From: Candidatus Jordarchaeales archaeon
GTDB lineage: Archaea > Asgardarchaeota > Jordiarchaeia > Jordiarchaeales > Freyrarchaeaceae
DNA: 32,000 nt
NCBI GenBank assembly: GCA_038889235.1
Contig: JAWAHN010000001.1
Span: 824,499-856,498 of the forward strand
Direction of reading: 5' to 3'
Each line of letters begins with the position of its first letter. The stretch's first letter is position 1. Below the pieces are notes generated by a model. It saw nothing but the letters and a program-made list of their open reading frames with translations, ran no database searches and was not told the DNA's origin. The position numbers were made by a program, and so were the translations under genes. Of this stretch, positions 31,575-32,000 are shown one piece after another.

Positions 31575-32000
31575 CTTTTAGGGCACCTCGAGGAATACCG
31601 GTTTTCGGCGGCTTTCTAAAAGTTTTCTTTCCTTGGGTAAGTATGTGAAGCGCAGATTATTTGAAACGTAGTTCCTACAAATTAAGGAAAGAGGCTATTT
31701 AGTGTTTTCGTTTCGCAATGTTCTAAAAAGGTGCCTAAAGTTTGTATTTGTGAAAGTGAGGGATGCAAAAGTTTAAATAACGATCATTAATGAAGAGGAT
31801 TTCAAAGAAACATAAAAGTAAGTATGAGGGTTCTTATAGGGGAAAACTTTTCGAATAAGAGTAGAAATGAATAGAAATGAATCTAATGGGAGGAGAAATG
31901 GATAACAATGGATGATAATTATTGTGAGGAACGACATAAAACTTCTTCTGTGAATGGCAAGAAAAACGGTGACCACAAGAAGAGCAGTAAAAGTAATCAC

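Noticed and set aside
31575-32000. ORF 31773-32000(-), a possible + strand ORF from ATG 31908, and the repeat TAGAAATGAA x2 at 31862-31881
   Set aside because: Low-complexity AT-rich sequence truncated by the window end; insufficient evidence for a gene or functional repeat.
1-32000. tRNA/rRNA genes, CRISPR arrays, transposases or integrases, and a splicing endonuclease gene
   Set aside because: None is recognisable in this window; EndA and RtcB must be encoded elsewhere.

Overview
Gene-dense window from a probably thermophilic archaeon (Lys/Glu/Arg-rich proteins). An STT3-like AglB and a Sec61a-like SecY lean towards Asgard rather than classical Crenarchaeota; this is inferred, not proven. 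From 1 to 13.6 kb lies the spc-type ribosomal superoperon (rpl24 end, rps4e, rpl5, rps14, rps8, rpl32e, rpl19e, rpl18, rps5, rpl30, rpl15, secY, adk, EMC3/TMCO1-like, rpl34e, cmk, rpl14e, cbf5, rpl44e, rps27e, eIF2a), with rpl6 and an unknown 193-aa gene flipped to the minus strand. From 13.6 to 25.5 kb are aglB-nop10, rps3ae, a 44-aa Zn ribbon and the minus-strand eIF2g-PIN-rpoE1-spt4-DUF359-rps24e-rps27ae-kae1-bud32-rdgB-rps15-DHH-pcc1 operon. After that come a 1.4-kb ORF-poor region ending in a sharp strand-composition switch (candidate replication origin), a solitary EF-1a, RHH-aroD, rpl10e and a dcd plus degenerate-zincin pair. Main discovery: four essential protein-coding genes that look broken in the ORF track carry five tiny tRNA-type bulge-helix-bulge (BHB) introns: cbf5 (29 nt), rpl44e (29 nt), kae1 (14 nt) and eIF2-gamma (33 and 29 nt, around a 16-nt micro-exon). 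In all five, cutting after the 2nd nucleotide of each 3-nt bulge exactly restores the frame and a conserved motif. Of these I know only the cbf5 intron as an established archaeal mRNA intron. All folding and alignment was done by eye; no searches were run.
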